Shown here in pieces: positions 49,388-60,759 of a stretch of DNA of 64,000 bases. Under the pieces are notes generated by a model. It was not told where the DNA came from. It was given only the letters and a program-made list of their open reading frames with translations, and made no database searches. Each line of letters opens with the position of its first letter. The stretch's first letter is position 1. The stretch spans positions 146,571 to 210,570 of the forward strand of contig CAVOTW010000031.1 of NCBI GenBank assembly GCA_963699405.1. Direction: 5' to 3'. Source of the DNA: an uncultured Acidobacteriaceae bacterium (GTDB taxonomy: Bacteria > Acidobacteriota > Terriglobia > Terriglobales > Acidobacteriaceae). Position numbers and translations under genes: made by a program.

Positions 49388-50764
49388 TTGATTCGGCTGT
49401 TTCATGTTTACTACCCGATTCGAACACTCGTCCTGCTGCTGGGAGAGGCCCTGATCGTTTGGACCTCGTTCCTGGTGGCGGCGATCGTCGTGTTTCGGGA
49501 AGACAGCTACATTGAGCTCAACTACGATCACGGCTACTTACAAGATTTTCGTATTCACCGCGGTCGTGTTGTTGTGCTCGCATTGGTTCGATCTCTACGA
49601 TACGGCCCGGCTGAACACCCGGGGGGAACTCTACTTCCGCTTGCTCATGGTGCCAGGCCTGCTGGCGTTCGTGATGGCCGGCATCAGCTATTTCCGTCCC
49701 GATTTCCTGCTGGGCGGCGGTTCCACGCCGCTCGGCCTGTTCATCGTGGCCCTGGCTCTTTTCGGATGGCGGCTCGGCTACGGCTGGCTGGTCCAGTTGC
49801 CGATCCTGGTGGAACGCGTTTACGTGGTCGGGCCGGCGAGCGCGCCCAGCGACTCGGTGCAGGGCCTGCGCCAGAATCCTGAGATTGGAGTGGAGATCGT
49901 CAGTTGGACGGGCAAACTCGAAGGTGCGGTCACCCGCGAAGCCGTGGCGGCTCACTTGATGGAGGTGGTCGAAGAAGCAGAAAGTCCATCGCGTGATCGT
50001 CGCCGTGCCCGATCGCCGTGGCACCATTCCGATGAAGGAACTGCTGCGAACTGCGGATGCAGGGCGTCAAGGTCGAAGACGCAACCTCGTGGCTTGAAAA
50101 AATCTCCGGCAAAATCGAGGTGGAAAACCTCTACCCGAGCTGGCTCGTGTTTAATGAAGGCTTTCGCCGCAGCGCCGTCTTCATCGTGGTTCGGCGCATG
50201 CTTTCCATCCTCATCTCGCTGACTGGTCTCATCCTCGCGCTGCCGTTGCTTCCCGTGATCATGCTTGTCATCCGTCTCGATTCCAAGGGACCGGTGTTCT
50301 ACACGCAGACCCGCATGGGCAAAGGTGGACGCCTCTTCAAAGTGGTGAAGTTCCGTACCATGCGCCAGGATGCAGAATCCGGCTCCGGTCCGCAATGGGC
50401 GGGCAATAATGATCCGCGAGTCACCCGCGTCGGCAAGTTTCTGCGCACCTCGCGCCTCGATGAGATTCCGCAGTTGTGGTGCGTTCTCAAAGGTGATATG
50501 GCGTTCGTCGGTCCGCGTCCTGAACGTCCGGAATTCATCGAAATGCTTTCTAAAGAGATTCCCTACTATGGCGTGCGGCACATGGTGCGTCCCGGAGTCA
50601 CCGGCTGGGCGCAGATCAAGTACAAATACGGCAGCACGATCGAAGATGCGCGCGAAAAACTGCAGTACGACCTCTATTACATCAAGAACGCCTCCATTGG
50701 TTTGGATCTGGTCATCATGTTTCAGACGGTAAAGATCGTGCTACTGGGTCGGGGCGCGCAGTGA
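49388..50764 (+). pseudogene. Priming polyprenyl-phosphate glycosyl-phosphotransferase (bacterial sugar transferase); three frameshifts
   Basis: MIRLFHVYYPIRTLVLLLGEALIV (TTG 49388). TM region in ORF 49512-50222. KVHRVIVAVPDRRGTIPMKELL only in a third frame. Catalytic C-terminus LDSKGPVFYTQTRMGKGGRLFKVVKFRTM...DEIPQLWCVLKGDMAFVGPRP in ORF 50057-50764. Junctions lie at about 49540, about 49980 and about 50045. Confidence 0.85.
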
Positions 50765-50766
50765 AA

Positions 50767-51888
50767 ATGAAATGGGTATTCTGGTTCGCGGCGTCGCTGA
50801 TTGGCTACTCCTACCTGGGGTATCCGGTGTGGTTGTGGCTGCGCAGCCGGTGGTCGCCTCGTCCGGTACGCCGAAGTGCGAGTGAACCTTCGGTGTCAGC
50901 GGTCATGGTGGTACGAAATGAGGAAGCGGTAATCGCGAGCAAGCTGGAGAACCTGCTATCACTCGATTACCCGCGCGAAAAGCTGGAAGTTGTGGTGGTC
51001 TCCGACGGTTCCAGCGACGGAACCGCGGCGGTTCTTGGCGAGTTTGTGAGCGACTTGCGCGTGCGGACCGTCATGAAAGCAACGTCGCAAGGCAAAGCGG
51101 CCGGTCTGAATGATGCGATGCAGTCGGCGCGCGGCGAAGTGCTGCTATTCACTGACGCCCGGCAGCACCTTGAGCCGGGTGCATTGCGCTTTCTGATTGA
51201 GAATTTTGGCGATCCCGATGTCGGAGCAGCCAGCGGGGAACTGATGCTGGGCGATCCTGTGAGCGGGGAGACGGGCAAAGGAATGGGTTTGTACTGGCGC
51301 ATCGAGAAGAAGATTCGCGAACTCGAGTCGGCCTCCGGTTCCGTCGTCGGCGCCACCGGAGCGATCTATTGCGCCCGTCGGAATCTTCTCGCTCCATTAC
51401 CTGCGGGCACCATTCTCGACGACGTTTTGTTGCCGATGCAGGTGGTTCGCCAGGGATCGCGCGTGATTTTTGACTCGCGCGCCCGGGCATGGGATGTAGC
51501 CGATCTCGGGGAAAGCCGCGAATTTTCTCGAAAGGTCCGTACCCTCAGTGGAAATTACCAGTTGCTGCAGTTCGCGCCCTGGCTGTTGACCGCGCAAAAT
51601 GCAATTCGATTCGAGTTCGTGAGCCACAAGCTCTCGCGGCTGGTTGTGCCGTTTGCATTGTTGGCGCTTCTGCTGGCTTCGATGTTTCTGCCCCAGCCTT
51701 TCTACCGGGCGGCGCTGGTGGCACAGCTTGCGTTTTATGTGCTCAGCCTGGCCGCGCTGGGAGGAATCAAGGTAGGTCCACTGTCCCGCTTGGCCGATGC
51801 GGCGCGCACATTCGTGGTGTTGAATTCGGCCGCCTTGGTCGCGTTTGTCAATTTTGCTACCGGCAGAAAAGCAGTTTGGGTTCGCTGA
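50767..51888 (+). CDS. Family 2 glycosyltransferase (membrane-associated)
   Basis: VSAVMVVRNEEAVI...VVVVSDGSSDGT and FTDARQ, with C-terminal TMs. Confidence 0.8.
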   Translation: MKWVFWFAASLIGYSYLGYPVWLWLRSRWSPRPVRRSASEPSVSAVMVVRNEEAVIASKLENLLSLDYPREKLEVVVVSDGSSDGTAAVLGEFVSDLRVRTVMKATSQGKAAGLNDAMQSARGEVLLFTDARQHLEPGALRFLIENFGDPDVGAASGELMLGDPVSGETGKGMGLYWRIEKKIRELESASGSVVGATGAIYCARRNLLAPLPAGTILDDVLLPMQVVRQGSRVIFDSRARAWDVADLGESREFSRKVRTLSGNYQLLQFAPWLLTAQNAIRFEFVSHKLSRLVVPFALLALLLASMFLPQPFYRAALVAQLAFYVLSLAALGGIKVGPLSRLADAARTFVVLNSAALVAFVNFATGRKAVWVR

Positions 51889-51892
51889 CGCT

Positions 51893-53147
51893 ATGAGAAT
51901 CCTCTGGGTGAAGGCCGACAAACTCCTGCCCGTCCAGAACGGGGGCAATATCCGCACGTATCACGTGCTGCGATATCTCTCGTTGCGGCACGAGCTCACA
52001 TTCTTCTCCTACTACGGAGGCAAAGCCGGACCCGAACTACGAGCGCGAGTTGCAGAGTCAATTGCCCGGAGCAGTCGCCGTGTGTACCGGCAAAAGGGAA
52101 CTGTCGGGAGTGGCGCGCGGCCTCGACTATCTAGGGCATATCGGCGCACAGCCGCCCTATGCCGTCAGCCGTTTTGCGGACGAGAAAGTGCAGCAGCGGC
52201 TTCGAACCTGGTTCCGCGAACAGCGTTTTGACGTTGCGGTGTGCGACTTTCTGGATGCGGCCGTGAATTTTCCGGGACGTCTCGACATTCCGAGCGTGCT
52301 CTTCCAGCACAATGTGGAGAGTGAAATCTGGCGTCGTCACGCCGAAACCGCAGGCAACTCCGCCAGGAAGATGATCTACCGCATGGAATTCCGCAAGATG
52401 CTGCGCTACGAGCGGAGCACGGTGCGCAAATTTCAACACGTCATTGCGGTCTCGGAAAACGATCGTTTGCTCATGATGCAGTGGGTGGACGGCGAGCGCA
52501 TTACGGTGGTTCCCACCGGAGTCGATCTGGCGCAGTACGCGCCCGATCCTGCAGCATCGAATACCTCTACACCGGAACCAGCGCCCCTCGTCACTTTCAT
52601 CGGGGCGATGGACTGGGAGCCGAATGTGGATGGCATGGAATACTTTTGCCGGGAAGTCTGGCCGGCGATCAGGATGGATGTGCCGGAGGCGCGACTCCGC
52701 ATCGTCGGACGCAATCCAGTCCGGCGTGTCCAAAAATTGGCCTCGGACTCCATCGAAGTTACGGGACGCGTGCCTTCTGTGATTGAACATCTGCGCCAAT
52801 CGGCGGTGGTCGTCGTTCCTTTGCGGATTGGCGGCGGCACGCGTCTGAAGATCTACGAAGCCATGGCGGCAGCCAAGGCGGTAGTCTCAACGACGGTAGG
52901 CGCGGAAGGATTGAACGTCCAGCACGGCCGCGACATCATTCTGGCCGACGACGCCCGGGCGTTTTCCCAGGCGGTGATTATGTTGTTGCGCGATCGCGAC
53001 CTGCGGAGCCGCTATGAAAAGGCAGCTGCCGAAACGGCTGCTCGCTACGATTGGCCGGCAATTGGCCAGCGCTTCAGCGAAGTCCTACAGTCGGTGGCCG
53101 AAAAGAAATCTGCGAGAGCCGACGTGGTTCGGGCGCGCTCGGCATAA
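51893..53147 (+). pseudogene. GT4-type glycosyltransferase (PEP-CTERM/EpsH-associated sugar transferase-like); one frameshift
   Basis: The N-terminus MRILWVKADKLLPVQNGGNIRTYHVLRYLSLRHELTFFSYYGG (ATG 51893) continues in the frame of ORF 52050-53147 (NYERELQSQLPG...). Also the EX7E region GGGTRLKIYEAMAAAKAVVST. The junction is at about 52020-52035. Confidence 0.8.
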
Positions 53148-53223
53148 GGTAAGAAGAAGACAGAAAAAAGAAAAAGAGGAATCCTTGGCTACTGGCGATA
53201 ACGGCAACCGAACACCGGCGCAA

Positions 53224-54546
53224 ATGCTATCGGGAAGTCGTGCGTCTTTCCAGGCCGTCGACCCAACCAAGGGCGCGTTTTTCTGGCTGAGCGCATTTTT
53301 CCTGGTCTACTGCGCGCGGCCCGGAGACTGGACGCCTGGTCTATCGTTAATTCCACTCGCCAAGCTCACCGCGATCTTCGCCCTGTGGGGTCTGTTCCGA
53401 AGCATCGGGCGCACCAAGCGTACGATCAAGGATATTCCCAAGGAAGGCCGATTGCTGGTCACCATGATTGGTCTGCTCTTCTTGGGTGGATTTCTCTCAC
53501 CGGTCTGGAGGGGCGGCGCCGTTTCCCGGACCATCGAGTTTTCCAAAATTATCATCGCGTGGTCCCTGGTCTTCCTGCTCATCACCACTTTTGATCGCCT
53601 GCGCCGGATCATCTTCGTGCAGGCCGCCTCCGTCGTAGTGATTTGTATTGCCGCGTTGATTAAGGGCCACGATATTCCCCGGCTGAACGGCGCCATCGGC
53701 GGCCTCTATTCCAATCCGAATGATCTCGCCTTCGCCATCGTCCTGTCACTGCCCTTTGCCCTGGCTTTCATGGTCACAGCGAAAAACATGATGGCCAAAG
53801 CGGCCTGGGGTTTTGGAATCTTCGTCATGTTGATCACCATTTTCGAGACGGCATCCCGCGCCGGCTTTATTGACTTGGTGATCGCTGGCAGCGTGACTCT
53901 GTACTACTTCGCTATTAAAGGTAAGCGCACGTACCTTCTGGTGGCGACCGTCTTGCTTGGTGTCATGATCGCGGTTACCGTCGGCGGCAAACTCTACGAT
54001 CGCTTCGAAGCTTTGGAGGGCGATAGTACTTCAGAAGAAAACGCTTACGGATCTTACCAGGCCCGCATGTTCCTCATGCGGCGCGCGCTCGACGCCATTG
54101 AGAGCTACCCGATCCTCGGGATTGGCGTGCAGAACTTCCCCAACTATTCGCTGATCTGGCACGATGTCCACATGACCTACCTGCAGGTCGCCGCCGAAGG
54201 CGGCATTCCCGTGGCCATTATTTACCTGATGTTTTTCCGCTGTGCATTTGTGAACCTGAAAATCCTGCGGAAGAGGACCGATCTTGACCCCGACATCGTG
54301 CTCTTTGTCGGCGCTCTTACCAGTTCGCTCGTCGGCTTCGTCGTGGGAGCGCTGTTCGCGCCCGAGACATACCAGTACTTCCCTTATTTTGCCGTCGCAT
54401 TTACGGCAACGCTGTTGCAGACGATCAAAGAGCAAGATCGAGAAAAAGGCGCCGGCCCGGTGACCCCGCCACCGAAGAAGTCGCGCCATTTCCTGGAGGT
54501 TTATGCCGATCGCGACAGAACCGGTGCAGTCGCCCCTGTCCGCTGA
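53224..54546 (+). CDS. O-antigen ligase/polymerase-like membrane protein (Wzy_C type)
   Basis: About 10 or more TM segments, plus the periplasmic loop ETASRAGFIDLVIAG and SYPILGIGVQNF...H. The start is uncertain (ATG 53224 within ORF 53014-54546). Confidence 0.7.
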   Translation: MLSGSRASFQAVDPTKGAFFWLSAFFLVYCARPGDWTPGLSLIPLAKLTAIFALWGLFRSIGRTKRTIKDIPKEGRLLVTMIGLLFLGGFLSPVWRGGAVSRTIEFSKIIIAWSLVFLLITTFDRLRRIIFVQAASVVVICIAALIKGHDIPRLNGAIGGLYSNPNDLAFAIVLSLPFALAFMVTAKNMMAKAAWGFGIFVMLITIFETASRAGFIDLVIAGSVTLYYFAIKGKRTYLLVATVLLGVMIAVTVGGKLYDRFEALEGDSTSEENAYGSYQARMFLMRRALDAIESYPILGIGVQNFPNYSLIWHDVHMTYLQVAAEGGIPVAIIYLMFFRCAFVNLKILRKRTDLDPDIVLFVGALTSSLVGFVVGALFAPETYQYFPYFAVAFTATLLQTIKEQDREKGAGPVTPPPKKSRHFLEVYADRDRTGAVAPVR

Positions 54547-55511
54547 CTTGCAGGCAATTCTGCGTTGCCTGAGCTGTGGCTCGAAGCTCGATAGCGACGA
54601 CGCCGGAGGCTACGTGTGCCCGGCGTGCAAGCGGGCCTATCCCAACGTAAACGGCATCGCGCGCTTCGTCGATGCCCAGCACTACGCCGCGAGCTTTGGT
54701 TTTCAGTGGCATCGCTATCAGAAAACCCAACTCGATCACGATGAGGTTCGCGAGTCCGAGCACAACTTCCGCATGAAGACGGCGCTGCGGCCCGAGGAAC
54801 TCGCCGGAAAACTCGTGCTCGATGTCGGTTGCGGTATGGGCCGCTTTGCCGAAGTCGCCACCCGCTGGGGAGCACGCGTGGTTGGCATCGATCTCAGTGC
54901 TGCCGCCGAAGTCGCCGCCAAGAATCTGGCCGACCGCGATTTCATTGCGTTTCAGGCGGATGTGTTCGCGCTGCCCTTTGCTCCCGAAAGCTTCGACGTC
55001 ATTTACAGCGTCGGCGTGCTCCATCACACGCCGGACTGCGAGGCTGCCGTCAAGACCGCTCGGCAAATATCTGAAGCCTGGCGGCATTCTGGCCGTGTGG
55101 CTCTATAGCGGATACAACAAGTGGTACCGCTTCAGCGATTTCTGGCGGCGCTACACGCACAGGATGAAACCGGAAACGCTGCACAGCATCCTGAAAGTTG
55201 CCGTGCCGGTTTTCTACAACACGCAGCAGGTATTGAAGAAAGTGCCGATCGTGGGGCGTCCGGCGGCGGGCTTGGTTCATCACGTTTTTCCCGTGAATCG
55301 GCAGAAGAATCCGGAAAACCGGATGCTCGATACCTTCGATTGGTACTCGCCGAAGTATCAGTCCAAGCACACTTATGAGCAGGTTTTCCGCTGGTACGAA
55401 GCGATGGGAATGGGCGACATGCGAATTGGGGAATTCGCCATCGCGGTTCGCGGGAGAAAACCCCTGACAGGGGCGGGATCGGCAAAAGTGGGGAATTCGC
55501 AGAATAGCTGA
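54503..55511 (+). pseudogene. Class I SAM-dependent methyltransferase with N-terminal zinc ribbon; one frameshift
   Basis: LRCLSCGSKLD...YVCPACKRAY (Trm112-like ribbon), motif I VLDVGCGMGRF and VIYSVGVLHHTPD, then LGKYLKPGGILAVWLY in ORF 54822-55511. The junction is at about 55050-55062. Confidence 0.75.
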
Positions 55512-55625
55512 GTTGCACAAGTTTTTCAAAATGCAGGCGTGGGGCGGTTTGAATCGTTTTTGAAAGGGCACGGCTTCAGGCCGTAAGCCTTCACGCTGCA
55601 CCACTATCAAAGGTAAGGGCAAGCC

Positions 55626-57602
55626 ATGTGTGGGATCGCAGGGGTCGTCAGCGCAACGCGGGAGAGCAACATCACCGAAGCTCTCGTGCGTCACATGTGC
55701 AACCAGATCACGTACCGTGGTCCCGACGACGAGGGCATTTACGTCGCCGATGGCGCTGGCCTCGGCATGCGCCGCCTCTCCATCATCGATCTCTCCGGTG
55801 GTCATCAGCCGGTTTTCAACGAAGATCGCAGCGCTTGGATCGTCTACAACGGCGAAGTCTACAATTTTCCCGAGCTGCGGCCCGAACTCGAAAGCCGCGG
55901 CCATCGCTTCTACACCAAGACCGACACCGAAGTCATCATCCATCTCTACGAAGAGATGGGCGCGGACTGCGTCACCAAGCTGCGCGGCATGTTCGGGCTC
56001 GCCATCTACGACAAGACCAAGCGCAAACTGATTCTCGCCCGCGACCGCCTAGGCAAAAAGCCCTTACATTACGCACTGCATAACGGCAACCTGTATTTCG
56101 GATCGGAGATTAAAAGCATCTTGGCCGTAGCTCCGGAACTGGCCGAGGTCAACTCGCAAGGCCTGCTCGAATATCTTTACTACGGCTACGTGCCGGAGCC
56201 GATTACCGCTTTTACGGGTATTCACAAACTGCCATCCGGACACTTGCTCGAATTCGAAAACGGCGAAATCCGCATCCGCCAGTATTGGGATCTCCCGCAA
56301 TACAACACGCATTCGCCGAAAAGCGAAGAAGAGTGCTTGGAAGAACTGGAGCATCGTCTCTTCGAAGCGACGAAGATCCGGCTGATCTCCGACGTGCCGC
56401 TCGGCGCATTTCTGAGCGGCGGCACCGACTCCTCGATTATAGTCGCGCTTATGGCCCGCGCCAGTTCCGGCCCAGTCAAGACTTTCTCCATCGGCTTCAA
56501 GCACGATGATTTCAACGAGGCCGACTACGCGCGCATCGTTGCGAAGAAATTCGAGCACCGATCACCACGAGATGATTCTCGAGCCCGACGTGGTCGCAGA
56601 CCGTCGAGCACTTGACGTCATCGCTCGAAGAACCCTTCGGCGACTCCTCCATGCTGCCCACGTATTACGTTTCGCAGATGGCGCGCCAGCACGTGACCGT
56701 TGCGCTCTCCGGCGACGGCGGCGACGAAATGTTTGCCGGATACGACCGCTATCGCATTCATGCCGATCGCCAGATCTTCGAGAAAATTCCCGGCTGGGCG
56801 CGCAAATTTTATCGCGACCAGGTTTTTCCCCGCCTGCCCAACAGCTTGCAGGGGCGCAAACTGAGCTACAACATCACGCTGCCGTGGCAGGAACGCTACG
56901 TGGATGGCCTCTCGTTCCTGCCGGCCTTCGAGCGCGACACGCCGCTGCTCTCCGACGATTTCCGCGCCATCCTCGCCCGCAGCGACGATCCCGCCAATGT
57001 TCTGCGCCGCCGCTTTGCCGCTGCGCCCGCGAAAGATCCGGTCAGCGAGATTCTCTACGTCGACACGAAGACCTATATGGTCGATGACATTCTCGCGAAG
57101 GTCGACCGCATGAGCATGTTGAACTCGCTCGAAGTTCGCGTGCCGATTCTCGACCACGTTTTCGTCGAGTGGGTCGCCGGCCTCGCGCCCGAGTGGAAGC
57201 TGCGCGGCAAACAGCAAAAATATATTCTGCGCAAACTAGCCGAGCGCATCGGCGTGCCCGCGCGAAGTGCTCTACCGCCAGAAGCAGGGATTCTCTCTGC
57301 CGCTCGTCCACTGGATGCGCAACGAACTCAAAGATATGTTGATGGTGCTGGTCGAACCGCGAACCCTCGAACGCGGATACTTCCAGGCGAGCGGCGTGCG
57401 CAAGCTTATGGACGACCATCTTCTGCGCGGCAAAACCATGACCGGCCGCCTCTGGCGCCTGCTGATGTTCGAACTCTGGCACCGCAACTTCCTCGAGAAA
57501 TACGTCAAGCCCGCCGGCTTGTTCTCGCTCCCCGTAGTCGCCGATTCCCGGAGAACAGTGCCCGCCGCTCCCGTGTTAGCATCGGCCCCGGTAGGAGAAT
57601 GA
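55626..57602 (+). pseudogene. asnB: Asparagine synthase (glutamine-hydrolysing)-like amidotransferase of EPS loci; three frameshifts
   Basis: N-terminal nucleophile MCGIAG and RGPDDEG. PP-loop FLSGGTDSS. TDHHEMILEPDVV only in the frame of ORF 56506. SSLEEPFGDSSMLP...LSGDGGDEMFAGY in ORF 56612. YRQKQGFSLPLVHW in ORF 57267-57602. Junctions lie at about 56553-56558, about 56596 and about 57258. Confidence 0.85.
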
Positions 57603-57606
57603 CCGG

Positions 57607-58752
57607 GTGGGCGCCACGGACGCTGCCATCGTAACCACAAACCGAGTCGCCGAATCGCCGATCAGCCTGTTCTTGATGATCAATACCTTTGAGACCGGCG
57701 GATCGGAACGGCAGTTCGCGGTGATCGCGCAAAATGCCGGTGCCTCCGGGTTTCAAGTCCATCTAGGATGCGTGAACCCACGCGGCCCGCTTGCCGATGA
57801 GTTCGGCGAAGTGGACCAATTTCCAGTGGGGAACAGCCTTCTTGGATGGAAGTCGCTGCGCACCCGTTTCAACCTCAGCCGCCATCTCCGCCGGAGTAGC
57901 GTCCAAGTTGCCCACGCTTTCGATTTTTACACCAACCTTACGCTCATCCCGGCAGCCCGTTTGGCGCGAGTGCCGGTGGTCATCGGCAGTCATCGCCAGA
58001 TCGGAGACTTGATGACTCCCGCGCAATTCCGCGCGCAGGCAATCGCTTTTCGCTGGTGCGACGCGGTGGTTTGCAATTCGCAAGCGGCGGCCGCACGCCT
58101 CGCAACTGCCGGCTTGCCGCGCCAGAAGCTGGCTGTCATCGGAAACGCTCTGCCGGCTGCGGCATTTGAGACCGCATCGCCTGCATTGCCGCACCGTGCG
58201 GGCACCCTGCGCGTCGGCATGGTCGCGCGCATGAACGCGGCCTACAAGAATCACGCCGGATTTCTGCGGGTCGCCGCCGAGGTTCACAAACGCATGCCGG
58301 AGACGGAATTCGTGCTGGTGGGCGATGGCCCGCTGCGCCCGGAAATCGAGCGGCAAGCGTCCTCGCTTGGCCTCGGGGAGCACGCCGTCTTTCTCGGCGA
58401 TCGCCGGGATATTTCCTCCGTGCTGGCTTCGCTGGACGTTGCCGTTCTCACCTCCGATTCGGAGAGCCTGTCGAATGTGATCCTCGAAGCGATGGCCGCA
58501 AGCTTGCCCGTGGTTGCCTATAACGTAGGAGGTAATAGCGAGTTAGTGAATGAGCAGCGCGGAGCGCTCGTTGCCGCAGGAAACGAAAGCGAATTCGCGA
58601 AAGCCATCTTCAGCCTGTTGTCTGACACGAACACTCGCCGGGAGAATGGCCAGAACGCCCGCCGCTTCGTGGAAGAAAACTTCAGCCTTGACCACGTGCT
58701 CCGCCGCTACGAGGATCTCTACGTAACTCTTCTCGACAAAAAAGCGGCGTAG
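57607..58752 (+). CDS. GT4-type glycosyltransferase
   Basis: INTFETGGSERQ near the N-terminus and the C-terminal SDSESLSNVILEAMAASLPVVAYNVGGNSELV (EX7E-type motif). Confidence 0.8.
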   Translation: MGATDAAIVTTNRVAESPISLFLMINTFETGGSERQFAVIAQNAGASGFQVHLGCVNPRGPLADEFGEVDQFPVGNSLLGWKSLRTRFNLSRHLRRSSVQVAHAFDFYTNLTLIPAARLARVPVVIGSHRQIGDLMTPAQFRAQAIAFRWCDAVVCNSQAAAARLATAGLPRQKLAVIGNALPAAAFETASPALPHRAGTLRVGMVARMNAAYKNHAGFLRVAAEVHKRMPETEFVLVGDGPLRPEIERQASSLGLGEHAVFLGDRRDISSVLASLDVAVLTSDSESLSNVILEAMAASLPVVAYNVGGNSELVNEQRGALVAAGNESEFAKAIFSLLSDTNTRRENGQNARRFVEENFSLDHVLRRYEDLYVTLLDKKAA

Positions 58753-58788
58753 AAAGCCCCACGCGTGACCGGGGACTCCAATCCTCAA

Positions 58789-59881
58789 ATGCCCAAGCGC
58801 CTGAAAGTCGCCATCGTTGCCCCTAGCCTGCGCTACGTTGGTGGACAGGCCGTTCAGGCCGACTTGCTCATGCGTCTGTGGCAGAACGATCCCGAGGTCG
58901 AGGTGAGCTTTATTGCCGTCGATCCTCCGCTCACGCGGGCACTGGCCTGGGCCGAGCGGATCCCAGGCCTGCGCACGATTTTCCGCGAGCCCATTTACTT
59001 CTGGCACTTGTGGCGCGAACTCAAAGACGTTGATGTTGCGCACATCTTCTCTGCGTCCTACTGGTCGTTTCTGCTCGCGCCCGCGCCCGCGTGGTGGTTC
59101 GCGAAACTGCACCGCAAGAAAAGCATTATCAACTACCGCAGCGGCGAAGCCCGCGACCACCTGCAACGGTTTCGTTCGGGAAAGTTCGTCCTGTCGCGCG
59201 TCGACCAGATCGTCGCCCCCTCCGGCTATCTGGTCGACGTCTTCCACGAGTTCGGACTGCGCGCAGTCATCGTTCCCAACCTCGTCGACCTCTCGCAGTT
59301 TCGCTTTCGCGAGCGCAACCGTCTGCGGCCGCACTCTGGTCTGCACGCGCGGCTTCCACGAATATTACAGCGTGGACGTGGTTGTAAAAGCGTTCGCGGA
59401 AGTGAAGAAGGAATATCCCGATGCCCAACTTGATTTGGTCGGAGGCGGCCCGCTAGAAGGCGAAGTGCGCCGGCTGGTCGCAGACTTGAAGCTCACGGGT
59501 GTGAACTTCGCCGGTGTAGCCTCACGCCAGCAGATTGGCAAGTATTACGACGATGCCGACATCTTCATCAACGCGTCGTGGCTCGACAACATGCCGGTGT
59601 CGGTGATCGAGGCCTTCGGAGCGGGCACACCCGTCGTCACGACTTCGCCGGAGTCCATGCCGTATCTGGTCGAAAACGAGCGCACCGGATTGCTCTCGCC
59701 CGTTGGCGACGAGAAGGCGCTGGCTGCAAATGTCATCCGCCTGCTGCGCGATCCAGCACTGGCTGTGGCCTTAGCAAAGAACGCCTACGAAGAGTCGCGC
59801 AAGTACACATGGGAAGTCGTGCGCGAGCAGTGGCTCAACGTTTATCGCGAAACGCTGGCTGACCGAGGCGCATCGGGATAG
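58789..59881 (+). pseudogene. GT4-type glycosyltransferase; one frameshift
   Basis: MPKRLKVAIVAPSLRYVGGQAV... (ORF 58765-59433), then LVCTRGFHEYYSVDVVVKAF...NMPVSVIEAFGAGTPVVTT (ORF 58913-59881). The junction is at about 59328-59336. Confidence 0.8.
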
Positions 59882-59895
59882 CGAGAGCCTGTCCC

Positions 59896-60696
59896 TTACT
59901 TCACCGCACGCACGCACGAGAGTTGGTCGGACGCGATCCAGTTGATCAATCCATTGCGGGCAAACCGATCGCTGGCGCGGCAGAATCCTCCTTGCGGAAA
60001 GAACCGTTCCACGCCGTACCATCCCCAGGAATGACAAACCCAGTCCTCGAGTTCCAATCCGTGCGAGCGCATGAGCTTTACCCAAGGCCCGCGGCGATAT
60101 CGCCGATGCTGAACTTTCGGGTAAGGCTGGGCGGGACGCAACTCGCCTCCGAACAAGCGTCGCACTGCGCCGATCACTGGACGAACCATGAACCGTGTGC
60201 GAACCAAGGCACGATCCCCATAGAAAAAGGGACAAATACTGCTCGGAGTCGTAATCACAGCGTGACCGCCCGGTTTCAGCACGCGCCACATCTCGCGGAG
60301 CGCCGGATCGTCCGAGCCTAGATACTCCATGACGCCCAGGCAAACGATGCCGTCGAAGGTGTTGTCGGGGAAAGGAATCTTTTCAATGTCGGCGGCCTGA
60401 AAGCGCTCAGGATTGTAGTGCTGCCGAGCGTAGTCGATCATTCCTTCCGACAAGTCGGTGCCCCAAGTGTCATAGCCGCGGCGAGCCAATTCGGCGGCCA
60501 AGTGTCCAGTGCCGCAGCCGACGTCCAGAATCTTGGATCCTGCGGGCAGCTTCGCTTCGATCATCTCGATCGCAAAGCGCCTACGCGAGACGAGGTTTTG
60601 CGCGGTAAGGTTGGCGGGTTTCGGGTTCTCGTAGAAGCGAGCCCAGTCGTCTACAGTTTGCGTAAACAGCTCGTTAACTTGCTCTTTAGAACTCAC
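59896..60696 (-). CDS. Class I SAM-dependent methyltransferase
   Basis: Motif I ILDVGCGTGHLAAELARRG, post-I WGTDLSEGMI and FDGIVCLGVMEYL. Confidence 0.8.
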   Translation of the reverse strand: MSSKEQVNELFTQTVDDWARFYENPKPANLTAQNLVSRRRFAIEMIEAKLPAGSKILDVGCGTGHLAAELARRGYDTWGTDLSEGMIDYARQHYNPERFQAADIEKIPFPDNTFDGIVCLGVMEYLGSDDPALREMWRVLKPGGHAVITTPSSICPFFYGDRALVRTRFMVRPVIGAVRRLFGGELRPAQPYPKVQHRRYRRGPWVKLMRSHGLELEDWVCHSWGWYGVERFFPQGGFCRASDRFARNGLINWIASDQLSCVRAVK

Positions 60697-60759
60697 GGAA
60701 TCCTCGTATTGATATCAATTGGCGTCGCGATTGTCGCTGGCCGGAAACCCCAAAACCCT

